From positions 28,244-92,243 of the forward strand of contig JAACPI010000005.1 of the NCBI GenBank assembly GCA_009995545.1: DNA of 64,000 nucleotides. Reading direction: 5' to 3'. A program made the translations under genes and the position numbers. Under the pieces are notes generated by a model. It saw nothing but the letters and a program-made list of their open reading frames with translations. It was not told the origin of the DNA and made no database searches. The DNA comes from a bacterium (GTDB lineage Bacteria; Patescibacteriota; WWE3; 2-01-FULL-39-13; JAACPI01). This document shows, piece by piece, positions 8,217 through 17,835 of this stretch. Every line of letters starts with the position of its first letter. Within the stretch, counting starts at the first letter, position 1.

Positions 8217-9122
8217 TCAAGTCTTTAAAACAGTAATATAGTACTTTGCCACGCCATCTTTTATTAAATTGGGCATTAAATAACCCGAAATTGCATTGTA
8301 AACAAATTCATTAGGTAAAACTTTTACTAAAGGTTTTGCCATATGAGGGTGTTTAAAAAGGTGTGAGGCTACTTTTTCTAACCGTTCCATATTGGGTACT
8401 ACGTATTTTGAAACATCTTCTTCTAACTCCATTTTAAATCTAGCTTCCATGGCCTTTTTAATAAAGCTAGAATACTTTTCGAAGCTATCTAACGCCATAC
8501 CTTTTTCAGTTAACTTACTAGCAGTAAGCTCAGTGTTTGATAATTGTTTATCACTTCTATAGCTATCTACCACAATAAAATAACCCCCTTTTTTTAAAAC
8601 CCTGTAAACCTCACTTAAAACTGTTTTTTTATCGGTAGAGTAACAAAGGGCCTCAACTACAAAGCAGACATCAAAAGAATTATTTTCAAAAGTGCTTAAG
8701 TCTTGGTAGGTTCCTTGTGAAGGAAAATAATTTTTAACCTTAGTTGCTTTTTTATAGGCGTAATAAAGTTGACCCTCTGAAAGATCTACTCCATAAAATT
8801 TAGTATTCGGATTTTTACGAGCCAAAAGAGAAGCATCAGCGCCCCTTCCAGTAGCTAGTTCTAAAACCCTACTGGCTTTGGTTCTTTTAACATACTTATT
8901 TACAAACAATGCTTGGGCTGTTAAATCATCTTTAGTGAAAACACCATTTCTAGTAATACCCAAATGCGCTAAATCCTCTTTTGAGTGAAACAGAGAGTAG
9001 GGTATTTGATTTATTTTATAATAACGTTGGATATAACCATCAGTAACTTTTATTGACGCTATTTTAGGTATCTCAAATATATTAGATATTTTGTCAATTT
9101 TTTCTGCAAGTGTAGGTTTCAC
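8217..9122 (-). CDS. class I SAM-dependent methyltransferase
   Basis: VLELATGRG, YGVDLS, NSFD...VEALCY, EVYRVLKKGG; start set to GTG 6 nt after TATAAT. Confidence 0.9.
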   Translation of the reverse strand: MKPTLAEKIDKISNIFEIPKIASIKVTDGYIQRYYKINQIPYSLFHSKEDLAHLGITRNGVFTKDDLTAQALFVNKYVKRTKASRVLELATGRGADASLLARKNPNTKFYGVDLSEGQLYYAYKKATKVKNYFPSQGTYQDLSTFENNSFDVCFVVEALCYSTDKKTVLSEVYRVLKKGGYFIVVDSYRSDKQLSNTELTASKLTEKGMALDSFEKYSSFIKKAMEARFKMELEEDVSKYVVPNMERLEKVASHLFKHPHMAKPLVKVLPNEFVYNAISGYLMPNLIKDGVAKYYITVLKT

Positions 9123-9196
9123 CCAGGTATTATAAACCAATAAACCCGATCTAGAACCTAGAAAAATCCGGCCCTAATAAATTTTAATTATAAAGA

Positions 9197-10807
9197 CTAC
9201 TTAACATCAAAAATATAGATACTTGGGGAAATAAACCTAACAAATTTAAAGTTGGAAAAAAGAGATATTTCGTCTGTAGAAATTTGACCATTGTTATTTC
9301 CATATTCATATCTTGTTACGTAAATCAGCTTTTCCATTCCATAACTTTTTTGATTTAAAATATTTTTAACCTCTTGAATATAGCTAGAGGGATAATTACC
9401 TTTAAACTTAATGCTTCTATATAAAAACCTTCTGCTATCAGTAATATCGGTGGAACCTCCCCTTCTGGACTGATAAAAAACATTTTCCTTAAAAGATTTG
9501 TTATCTGCTTGATAAATTAAAGTATCACCACCTAGAATATAAATCTTAGGTAAAGTTTCCTTGCCCAAACATTCTCTTAAAGGGTTATACACTGCGTAGT
9601 TGGTAACAATTAAGGACGATAAGTTGTTGAACTCAGAAACCTTGCTACAAAACTCCTTATTTTCTACGTGCAGATTGTAACTGGTTGCTGCGAAATTAAT
9701 GAAATTTAAGACAAAGAACAGAATTACAGCGGGCAATAACCACATTTTTACATTTTTTTTAAGACTAATAATCCCTTTAGCAATTGCAAACAATAAAGGT
9801 AATAAGAAGTAAATGTAGTGTCTGGGGTTTTTATCTCCAATATAGGATACTAAAACTAAGTAAACAATTAAACTAGAAGCAGAGTAAATATATAAATATC
9901 CCGGATTTAACTTTTTAAAATACCTATAAACTAGGTAAATAAACAGGAACAAAACCAAAGAATAGAAAGGTGCATTAGGAGGTATAAGTAGCAGAGAATT
10001 TATTCCGCCTAAAATATTAGGTTTAAAATCAAACACATAAGAACTGCCGCCGCCCATAAAAGTATCGTAGATCCCTTTCTTATATAAAAATAAAAATAAA
10101 GTTACTATAGAAGATAAAAATGTAGTCAGTAATACAAATACATTTTTTTGGTTTTTATACACGTATAATAAAAAAATAGCCACAGCAGCGGAAAAATAAA
10201 TAAATACAGAGGTAGGGTGTATTAATGAAAGCAATAAAGAAGATACAAAAAACAGAAAGTAATTTCTTTTAGTATTCTGTTCCCTTGATAATATTCTTAT
10301 AAAAAAGTATTGATAAAAAATTAAAAGCAAAAACATTAGCCCGTACATTCGAATATAAAAAGAGTAATAGTTTAAAAGGGGGGAGTAAGCAACTAAAAAG
10401 GTAAATGTTAAGGCACTATTCTTATTCTTAAAAACTAATTTTCCAAAAAAATAAGAAGAAACAACACATAAAATCCAAATTAAGTAATTAAAGGCTTTAG
10501 AAATTAAAATATAGTGAGGAGAATAGCTAAATATTTTTAAAATGTAGTAATAAAAGGGAAAATTGTGCTCGTTTTTTAGTGCCTCGGAAATATCGAAAAA
10601 AGACAAGCTGGCAATATTTAGAGTATTCGACTCGTCGTAACTAAAATTAGTAGACCTAATATAGCTAAAAAAGGCCAAATACAGAGCAATAACAAGTATC
10701 AAAAATAAATATATCCTGGGATAAAGGTTTTCGGATTTTTTGTCGTAGATGTAATTAAAATAAAGACCTTTTAAAGATTTAAAGAAAGCTTTTATACGAG
10801 AAGACAT
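9197..10807 (-). CDS. GT-C fold membrane glycosyltransferase (PMT/GT39-like)
   Basis: SYDES, EHNFPFYY, YYSFYIRMY motifs; many TM helices. Confidence 0.8.
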   Translation of the reverse strand: MSSRIKAFFKSLKGLYFNYIYDKKSENLYPRIYLFLILVIALYLAFFSYIRSTNFSYDESNTLNIASLSFFDISEALKNEHNFPFYYYILKIFSYSPHYILISKAFNYLIWILCVVSSYFFGKLVFKNKNSALTFTFLVAYSPLLNYYSFYIRMYGLMFLLLIFYQYFFIRILSREQNTKRNYFLFFVSSLLLSLIHPTSVFIYFSAAVAIFLLYVYKNQKNVFVLLTTFLSSIVTLFLFLYKKGIYDTFMGGGSSYVFDFKPNILGGINSLLLIPPNAPFYSLVLFLFIYLVYRYFKKLNPGYLYIYSASSLIVYLVLVSYIGDKNPRHYIYFLLPLLFAIAKGIISLKKNVKMWLLPAVILFFVLNFINFAATSYNLHVENKEFCSKVSEFNNLSSLIVTNYAVYNPLRECLGKETLPKIYILGGDTLIYQADNKSFKENVFYQSRRGGSTDITDSRRFLYRSIKFKGNYPSSYIQEVKNILNQKSYGMEKLIYVTRYEYGNNNGQISTDEISLFSNFKFVRFISPSIYIFDVK

Positions 10808-10809
10808 AG

Positions 10810-11265
10810 TTATCTAGTTCTAACTTCTTTTATCTCTTTATCCATATCTTTTTTTAGTTGCTTTTCTTTTTCAAACTGTCTTTTGCCTGCTTTTCCAACC
10901 CCTTTTGCCAGGCCCAATTTTACTTTTACCAACTTACTTTCATTTATAAATACTTCTAAAGGAATTAAAGTTCTTCCTTTACTAGAGATTTGAGCATTTA
11001 TATCTATTATCTCTTTTTTTGTCAGTAGTAATTTTCTGGATCTAGTGGGATCGTATTTTAAGTTACTACTTCGTGAATATTTTGGAATATTAAACCCTAC
11101 TAAAAATATTTGGCCACCTATGTTTTTTGCAAAAGCCCCTTTTAAATTTCCTTTTCCTTGTCTTAAAGATTTTACCTCTTCACCTAAAAGCTTAATTCCA
11201 GCAGAATAATTTTTTAAGATTTCAAAGCTACCAGAAACTTTCTTACTTAACAGTAACTTTTCCAT
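10810..11265 (-). CDS. smpB: SsrA-binding protein
   Basis: AGIKLLGEEVKSLRQG, YDPTRSRKLLLTKKEI, TLIPL, KVKLGLAKG. Confidence 0.95.
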   Translation of the reverse strand: MEKLLLSKKVSGSFEILKNYSAGIKLLGEEVKSLRQGKGNLKGAFAKNIGGQIFLVGFNIPKYSRSSNLKYDPTRSRKLLLTKKEIIDINAQISSKGRTLIPLEVFINESKLVKVKLGLAKGVGKAGKRQFEKEKQLKKDMDKEIKEVRTR

Positions 11266-11267
11266 AG

Positions 11268-13169
11268 TTACTTTGCCAAATCTATTTTATAAAGTTTAGA
11301 CCCGCTAGATAAAAAGGCTGAGTCCTCGAGTACTGTAAAATGTTGGGCTGAAAAATTTAGATCTACAGTAGTTAACTCTTCCCCACTTTTTTTATCTACT
11401 TTTACTAATTTTTTATCCAAAAGTATCCAAAGATAATCTAAATCTCTATTAGTATAAACACCCACTGCATTGGTAATATTTGTGTTAAATTCTTGCTCTT
11501 CGCTAACATAGTATTCGGTCACTCCCTCGTTACCAACCAAATATATGGAACCGTCAATTGCTAAATCGTTAAAATTCCCAACATTTTCAGCCCAGATAGA
11601 TCGGGTAAAGGTACCATCTCCTTTTATATATTTATAAATCGAGCCATTTGCTAAAACGTAAATATTTCCTAAATATTCAACTGCCCCTGTAAAATTGGCA
11701 ATTTCTGTGTCTAAAGAAAACTCTGTTAAATTCGAAGAGTTAGGACCAATAAAAACGGCTTTTGTTGTTAAAATATACAAATTATCCTCACTAGACAAGG
11801 TAATTAAGTAATTATCATTTTTAGGCAAATCTGCTATTTTGGAAGGCTCCTCATCTGTAAATACATAGGATTGTTTGGCACCCCTATCGGATATTAAAAT
11901 ATCATTATTAAAAGCTGATAAAGAAGAGATTGCCGAACTATCAGACTTAACTTTAAAATTAAAAATACTAGAATCGCTATTTGAATCAAATTTATTAATA
12001 GAGTTTTCAATTTTTACCTTAAGCACCTGTAAATCAGTATCGCTATTTCCATTTTCTATCTCCTTATTAAGGTCACTGAGTAAAACCTCGTATTCTTGTT
12101 TATCAGCATTATTGCTAACTAAATTTTCAAATTTTAAATTAAATTCCGAAACATCTAAGGTTGCTATGGTTACGGCGTCTTTTTTAAATAAATTAATTTT
12201 AGGTATAAAAAAGTAGGAACCTACTAAAATCCCTGTAGCAATAAGACCAAAACCGGCTACCATTAAAGTTTTTTTATTAGGCTTTTTAAAGTATTTTTTA
12301 GTATTTCTTTCGGTTGCCAAAACACTAGACACCCCTGTTTCTTGATTGGCACTACTTGGAATATCAGTTAACGAAGTAATTGAACTTAAGTCGGGGTCAT
12401 TTTCTAAAACCTTTTCAACATTTTCCTCTGGTGAGTTTAAATCTAAGTTTTCATTCAAATGTGTAGAAGTATCTACATCGATTTTGGCACTTCTCTTGGA
12501 TAAGGAGGATACTATACCTACTATATCTCTTTTGTTAGGTAACATAGATTTTTTGAACATAACAACCACTGCCGAAAAAGAGGCGGGGGAATCGGATTTT
12601 TTAAACTCTTCTTCTAAAGATCCTAGTTTTTCTAGGAGTAAAGAGTTATTAAAAGAATCGTTAAATTTTTTAGTGGATAAAATAAATACATCATCACTTT
12701 CTAAAATACCGGAGCTGGTTAAAACCTCCCCGCTGGTTTTATGACCTATATCTAAGACTTCTCCGTTTCTTACCAATAAAACAGCGGACTCACCTAGCTG
12801 AGCTACGTATAAAACCTTCCCCCAAACAACTGCACAAGCCACGTTAAAATTTAACGACTTAACTGAAGAGTCGTTTGTTTTAGCTATTTCTTTTAGTTTA
12901 TCTTTACCTGAAATTAAAGCCTTTTCTAGTGCCTGTAGGGGAGTGCCATCGGAGTCACCATAATACTTTTCTTTTGTTTCATCTATTAAAATTTTAGAGG
13001 CTAGGTGTAAATCAATATTAGAAGAACCCTCAAAATCCAACACCATATACAAACGGCCTCGACTATTTAATACATTTATATCGTCTGGGTCAAACTCATA
13101 GGGAATAGACCATACACCATCAATTGGATCAAAACTTCCCAAAATTTTCTGAGATTTTATGTCGTACAT
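11268..13169 (-). CDS. membrane protein: N-terminal PP2C-like domain, TM, C-terminal beta-propeller-like domain
   Basis: LYVAQLGES.VLLVRNG and SGILESDDVFILST; TM near aa 300-322; EYLGNIYVL and DLAIDGSIYL repeats. Confidence 0.7.
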   Translation of the reverse strand: MYDIKSQKILGSFDPIDGVWSIPYEFDPDDINVLNSRGRLYMVLDFEGSSNIDLHLASKILIDETKEKYYGDSDGTPLQALEKALISGKDKLKEIAKTNDSSVKSLNFNVACAVVWGKVLYVAQLGESAVLLVRNGEVLDIGHKTSGEVLTSSGILESDDVFILSTKKFNDSFNNSLLLEKLGSLEEEFKKSDSPASFSAVVVMFKKSMLPNKRDIVGIVSSLSKRSAKIDVDTSTHLNENLDLNSPEENVEKVLENDPDLSSITSLTDIPSSANQETGVSSVLATERNTKKYFKKPNKKTLMVAGFGLIATGILVGSYFFIPKINLFKKDAVTIATLDVSEFNLKFENLVSNNADKQEYEVLLSDLNKEIENGNSDTDLQVLKVKIENSINKFDSNSDSSIFNFKVKSDSSAISSLSAFNNDILISDRGAKQSYVFTDEEPSKIADLPKNDNYLITLSSEDNLYILTTKAVFIGPNSSNLTEFSLDTEIANFTGAVEYLGNIYVLANGSIYKYIKGDGTFTRSIWAENVGNFNDLAIDGSIYLVGNEGVTEYYVSEEQEFNTNITNAVGVYTNRDLDYLWILLDKKLVKVDKKSGEELTTVDLNFSAQHFTVLEDSAFLSSGSKLYKIDLAK

Positions 13170-13170
13170 T

Positions 13171-13389
13171 TTAAAGCAATAAAGTGTTAATTAAGAACAA
13201 CGCGACAATAAATGCAAAGGCTAAGTGAATTAATGCCATAGCTTTTACGTATTTATCAACCCCGGTAATTATAACCTGGCCCATAAGACTAACCTGTCTA
13301 ACAAGAATAACAGCAAAGAGTAAATACATTAATACAATGATTACTACAATTGTATTTAAAAAGATTACTACAATGTTTGAAAATTCCAT
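13171..13389 (-). CDS. small two-TM protein (DUF5657-like)
   Basis: YLLFAVILVRQVSLM...I.T motif, LALIHL-like second helix. Confidence 0.7.
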   Translation of the reverse strand: MEFSNIVVIFLNTIVVIIVLMYLLFAVILVRQVSLMGQVIITGVDKYVKAMALIHLAFAFIVALFLINTLLL

Positions 13390-13390
13390 A

Positions 13391-13951
13391 TTACTCATGC
13401 CCTCCACCTGCTTTTGCAGCCAAATCACTAATAATGTCTTGGACTTTTGCAGGATTAGGAATATCTATAAATTCAAATTGATTTTGTTCGGCAGCAGTTT
13501 GCATTAAGACATTGCCGTAATTAAAAATAGTTTGAAAAATGTTACTCATACTAAACGAGGTATCCTCTAAATTATCGTAGGTGGCCTCACTAACATTTTT
13601 ATAAAATAAAGGCTTAAAATCGATATCTATAAGTCTACGATCAGTTACAATATAAACATTGAAATACCAAGTTATAAATCTTTCTAGGGTGTATATAACT
13701 GACATCACATACCAAAGAGCAATTGCTATATTTTCTAACTCTAAGCCTTTATAAAAGGAAAACAAAGTACCATACTTCAAAACATAATTCATATAAAAAG
13801 TTGGGGCTAACAGAGCTAAGATACTTAAAATAATCCAGGGAATATTAGTAACAAAAGCTTTACGCAGAGCAAAGATAATCTTTTCTCCGGGTTCTTGTGT
13901 AGCAAATCTTATATTTGTAGGTTTTTCTAAATATGCCGAAAATATGTTCAT
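13391..13951 (-). CDS. bacterial PH-domain membrane protein
   Basis: WYFNVYIVTDRRLID, IFNYGNVLMQTA, IPNP. Confidence 0.85.
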   Translation of the reverse strand: MNIFSAYLEKPTNIRFATQEPGEKIIFALRKAFVTNIPWIILSILALLAPTFYMNYVLKYGTLFSFYKGLELENIAIALWYVMSVIYTLERFITWYFNVYIVTDRRLIDIDFKPLFYKNVSEATYDNLEDTSFSMSNIFQTIFNYGNVLMQTAAEQNQFEFIDIPNPAKVQDIISDLAAKAGGGHE

Positions 13952-14004
13952 GGTTTGATTTTACTACGACTAAGGACAAAGTAAAAATATAGGGTATTAT
14001 TTTG

Positions 14005-15753
14005 CTACTTTTTTTCTATATCAAACAATTTAGACTTTATTGCTATATAGCCAGGAGCTCTTAAATTAAAAGCGCTTTTAAATAATTGACCCTCCGCTTT
14101 TAAGGTACCTTTGTCTGTCTCAAAAGTTACTTGGCTGGTGTACCCATTGTCACTAAAACTAACTGACACACTTTTTACTTTTGAGTAACCTGTACCTATC
14201 TCATCTGCTTTTTTTCTAAGGTCACCCATAGAGTAAGGATCTCCTCCCCAACAACTTGTGGTAACGGGCGTAATTCTATCGGTGTCTTTTCCGGCTTTTA
14301 GTAACACATAAGCATTTAATATATCGGCCATTTCCTCTTCATTTAACCAGGGGTGGCTTCTACCGCACTTATCCGAACTAACGGAATAACTTTCGGTATA
14401 CCAACCCTTATAGAACCAAGGTGACCCACCCCGTTTTTCATATGCATCTCCAGGCCAACCACCTTTTTTATCCCAACCAACATCTTCAATGTAACCACCC
14501 GTAGTAGAGGAGTAGTAAGCTACAGTATCCTCGTTATCTAGAATTTTATTCTTAGTATCGTCAACAGCCTTTTTCCAATTTGGGTAGTCCCCATTTTTCA
14601 CACTATCAGCCTTACTTTTAGAAAACACCTGACAACTTTGGCTAGTACATATAGACTTGCCTGCCTTGATATACCTGTAAGCATAGGATCTTCCCGCGAC
14701 AGCCTGTGCCTTTAGAGCTTCGCTTGGCCAACTTGTAGGCATTTCAGCAAGTCCGTATAAATAGTATTGAAAATCCATTTCTCCATAACCATCGACACTT
14801 ATTTTACTGGGCATACCATCTTTGGTTTTTACCCCTGTTTTATAATAAAACTTTAATATTTCGTCGTATTTTTTCCCGTCATCTGCTCTTCCTTTAGCGC
14901 CATACTGACTCATACCTTTATAGTGTGTATAAGCTCCGTAGCTAAAAGCAGCAAAAGCGGGGCTAAAACCCGGGTTATAGCTTGGGGCAGCGTGTGGATC
15001 ATCGGTTTGCACGCCATCTCCCAAAGAAGAATAGAACTCTCCTCCACTTTTTTTAGCTAAAATATCTTGCTGCTTTTTAAGCAAGCCATTTAACTTTTTA
15101 CTTAAACTTCCTAAGTCACTATTCTTAGCAGAGAGCTCTTGCTGCTGTTCTGCTAACTTTTGCTCTGTATCTGCTTTAATAGAATCTAACTTAGTTTTTT
15201 CGGCAAGTACCTCGTTTTGTAATTCTTCTAAACGGGCTTTGTTTTGTTTGTTGATGATGATATCAGAATTTATATTAGAAATAACATTTAGAGAGTCATC
15301 AAAGTACTTTTTTAAGTACTCGGCTCTCTCTGTTGTTGCTAATAAAGAGTTAGACTGCACAATTGCAGTCATGACATTATTTGGGCCTTTTTTATAAAAA
15401 TTGCGAATAGTTCTATCTCTAAGCACAGTTTGGGTAGTTAAAACACCCGACTTAGTATTTATATCGTAAGTAATACCATCTATTTGGTTTCCTATATTAC
15501 TTATTTCCACTTCTATCTGTTTTATAGAGAAAAGTATTTGGCTTAAAGAACCCGACAAGTTTCCAACCTCACCTTTTATTTTAGAAATTTGATCCGATAA
15601 ATTATCAATTTTATTTTGGGTTTTTTGGATATCCTCTTCAACCTTTTGTAGGTCATCCTCGGCAAAAATATAGGCAGAATTATTGACTATAAAAGTCGAT
15701 AAACCTAACATTAAGGTAACAATGATTAAAAAACTAATTCTAGGCAGTTTCAT
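14005..15753 (-). CDS. SpoIID/LytB-domain peptidoglycan lytic protein with N-terminal coiled coil
   Basis: signal peptide; GMSQYGA.GRA..G..Y..ILKFYY; EMP.SW..EALKAQAVAGRSY; CQV; start ATG 15753, 7 nt after TATAAT. Confidence 0.88.
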   Translation of the reverse strand: MKLPRISFLIIVTLMLGLSTFIVNNSAYIFAEDDLQKVEEDIQKTQNKIDNLSDQISKIKGEVGNLSGSLSQILFSIKQIEVEISNIGNQIDGITYDINTKSGVLTTQTVLRDRTIRNFYKKGPNNVMTAIVQSNSLLATTERAEYLKKYFDDSLNVISNINSDIIINKQNKARLEELQNEVLAEKTKLDSIKADTEQKLAEQQQELSAKNSDLGSLSKKLNGLLKKQQDILAKKSGGEFYSSLGDGVQTDDPHAAPSYNPGFSPAFAAFSYGAYTHYKGMSQYGAKGRADDGKKYDEILKFYYKTGVKTKDGMPSKISVDGYGEMDFQYYLYGLAEMPTSWPSEALKAQAVAGRSYAYRYIKAGKSICTSQSCQVFSKSKADSVKNGDYPNWKKAVDDTKNKILDNEDTVAYYSSTTGGYIEDVGWDKKGGWPGDAYEKRGGSPWFYKGWYTESYSVSSDKCGRSHPWLNEEEMADILNAYVLLKAGKDTDRITPVTTSCWGGDPYSMGDLRKKADEIGTGYSKVKSVSVSFSDNGYTSQVTFETDKGTLKAEGQLFKSAFNLRAPGYIAIKSKLFDIEKK

Positions 15754-16486
15754 ATTTTTTATTATAACCTTTTTATGGGGTTTTTTGGATGTCAAAAGTA
15801 TCTATGCGGAGACAGCTACCTATAACTGTACAGCGTCAGGTTTTGTGTCGGTAACCTCCGAACCACCTGTGGGAGGTCAAACCAGGGTAATCGCATCAGT
15901 AAATGGCCTAGATCCGCTATCCTGGAACCAATCAGAATATCAGATGGAAATTCAGGCACGAACAGCTTCAGGGTGGCAAACTATAAACCCCAGCACTGCT
16001 AAAATCGGAAAAAGCGGTTCAGGAACGACTGCAGGTAACTACCCCTCGGACAGTATAAACTCGGGCAATCTGAGAGTTATTGTATGGCACAGAAATAACC
16101 TATTCTTTGCAGATGATTGCTCCGTAGCAAGCACTTTTGCTGCAGCAAACCCCAATCCTGTTCCGGCACCAGCTCCGGCACCAGCTCCAGCACCCGCACC
16201 CGCACCGGCCCCTTCAAGCTCCCCCTCGTCCGGTTTAAGTCCAGATCAGGCTTTGGATAAAGTAAAAAATATGGTCGGTTGGGTTTATAATTTAGCTTTT
16301 CCAATTGCAATTATTATTGCGGTTGTAAAAATACTTATTAACTTAATGGCGCTGGCTACAAGTTCGGGAGATCCAACTAAATTACAACAGGTAAAAGAGG
16401 AGCTCTATGCGATATTAATGGGATTGTTAGTAATTGGCGGTGCGGCTACCTTAATTAATATTCTGGGTAATGCCATGGGAATATAG
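15722..16486 (+). CDS. VirB2/TrbC-like pilin with N-terminal beta domain and Pro-Ala linker
   Basis: signal peptide MIKKLIL...IYA; (PA)n repeat; TM-TSSGDPTKLQQVKE-TM pilin pattern. Confidence 0.75.
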   Translation: MIKKLILGSFIFFIITFLWGFLDVKSIYAETATYNCTASGFVSVTSEPPVGGQTRVIASVNGLDPLSWNQSEYQMEIQARTASGWQTINPSTAKIGKSGSGTTAGNYPSDSINSGNLRVIVWHRNNLFFADDCSVASTFAAANPNPVPAPAPAPAPAPAPAPAPSSSPSSGLSPDQALDKVKNMVGWVYNLAFPIAIIIAVVKILINLMALATSSGDPTKLQQVKEELYAILMGLLVIGGAATLINILGNAMGI

Positions 16487-16554
16487 ACAGAACATTTGAT
16501 TTAATCGGAGTTATCTAATATTATTTAATAAGTTACAGTAAATTTTTATATTTT

Positions 16555-16917
16555 ATGATTAACATTAACGAGCTTTTAAGTTATGTAACTTTAAGGGTAG
16601 CCCATGCAGGTACAGCAATTGACTTACCGGATACTGGGGGAACTAGCACCGTGTTTGGAAGTTTAAGTGCATTTGTTACTTTCATAATTAATTTGGTTTT
16701 TGGTGTAGGTATATCCATTTCGTTAGTATTTTTAATTGTTTGTGGTATAAAATATGCCATGTCCAGTGGCGACCAAAGCAAAGCTGAAGAGGCACGAAAC
16801 TGTATAACAAACGCCATTATTGGTGCTGTAGTTATTATTGCCTTTAGATTATTAATAAACTTGGCTTTAAACTTATTTGGATTCAAAGGAGTAGACGAAC
16901 TACTACCAACTTCGTAG
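16555..16917 (+). CDS. VirB2/TrbC-like pilin
   Basis: TM-GIKYAMSSGDQSKAEEAR..ITNAIIG-TM. Confidence 0.85.
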   Translation: MININELLSYVTLRVAHAGTAIDLPDTGGTSTVFGSLSAFVTFIINLVFGVGISISLVFLIVCGIKYAMSSGDQSKAEEARNCITNAIIGAVVIIAFRLLINLALNLFGFKGVDELLPTS

Positions 16918-16945
16918 TATTAAACTTTAATCTGAACTTAAAACT

Positions 16946-16975
16946 AAAGCCTCTGCTTTTGCAGGGGCTTTTTTT
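16946..16975 (+). terminator. rho-independent terminator
   Basis: AAAGCCTCTGC-TTTT-GCAGGGGCTTT followed by T run. Confidence 0.85.
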
Positions 16976-17049
16976 ATGCCCAAGTAGGTTTATTCAAAGG
17001 GTGCCAGTTTTAACTACACTTTAAAACTGTAATACTGTAATATAGGGAT

Positions 17050-17373
17050 ATGAACAGAGTACTAGCAAATTTTGGCAACCCAGACAACACAGCAGTTGGA
17101 AAACTTACAGACGTCACAAATCTATCGGATATCTTTGGAATACTGTACAACTTATTATTTGGAGTAGGGTTATCGCTTTCAATAATTTTTGTAATTGTTT
17201 GTGGTATAAAATTTGTCACGTCAGCGGGCGATCCCAATAAAAAAGCTGAGGCAGGTCAGTGCCTAACCTGGGCGGTTATATCTGCGATTGTAATTGTTTC
17301 GTTTAAGTTAATACCTTTCTTAATTTTTAATATCTTTGGTTTTGACGACCCTACAACAATAATAAACACATGA
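17050..17373 (+). CDS. VirB2/TrbC-like pilin
   Basis: TM-GIKFVTSAGDPNKKAEA...LTWAVI-TM. Confidence 0.85.
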   Translation: MNRVLANFGNPDNTAVGKLTDVTNLSDIFGILYNLLFGVGLSLSIIFVIVCGIKFVTSAGDPNKKAEAGQCLTWAVISAIVIVSFKLIPFLIFNIFGFDDPTTIINT

Positions 17374-17771
17374 ATTTAATTAATTTGGTTTTTATTTACA
17401 TAAATGTATATGGCAAAAATTTTATTTTTGCAGCTTTTGAAGAACCCCCATTTACTCACGACCAGGCTGTAAAGGTTGACGAGGCTTTCAATAGTTTGGC
17501 TGGTGGTATAACAACTTTAATACTATCCTTAAGAAACGTGACCTTGGCTTTAGGTTTTTTATTTATTTTAGTTGGAGGAATTAAACTAGCGACAGGGCAA
17601 GGAGACCCGGAAAAAATTGCTTCAGGAAAACAGACACTTATGTGGGCTTTAGCTGCAATGGTTTTAGCTGTATCCTTTTGGGCCATTGTAAAAGTTGTAC
17701 TAGGGCAAATTTTCGGGGTTACCGGGATAGGGGACGAAATAATGTTCGATGTAACCATACCCCATTTTTAG
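17370..17771 (+). CDS. VirB2/TrbC-like pilin
   Basis: TM-GGIKLATGQGDPEKIASGKQTLMWAL-TM. Confidence 0.85.
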   Translation: MNLINLVFIYINVYGKNFIFAAFEEPPFTHDQAVKVDEAFNSLAGGITTLILSLRNVTLALGFLFILVGGIKLATGQGDPEKIASGKQTLMWALAAMVLAVSFWAIVKVVLGQIFGVTGIGDEIMFDVTIPHF

Positions 17772-17835
17772 TTAAAATAAAAAACTTCCAGTAACTTCTT
17801 TTATAGTCCAATTTCTCTTATAATTAGGGCAATAC

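Noticed and set aside
16163-16213. tandem GC-rich repeats
   Set aside because: encode a Pro-Ala linker; no spacers, not CRISPR
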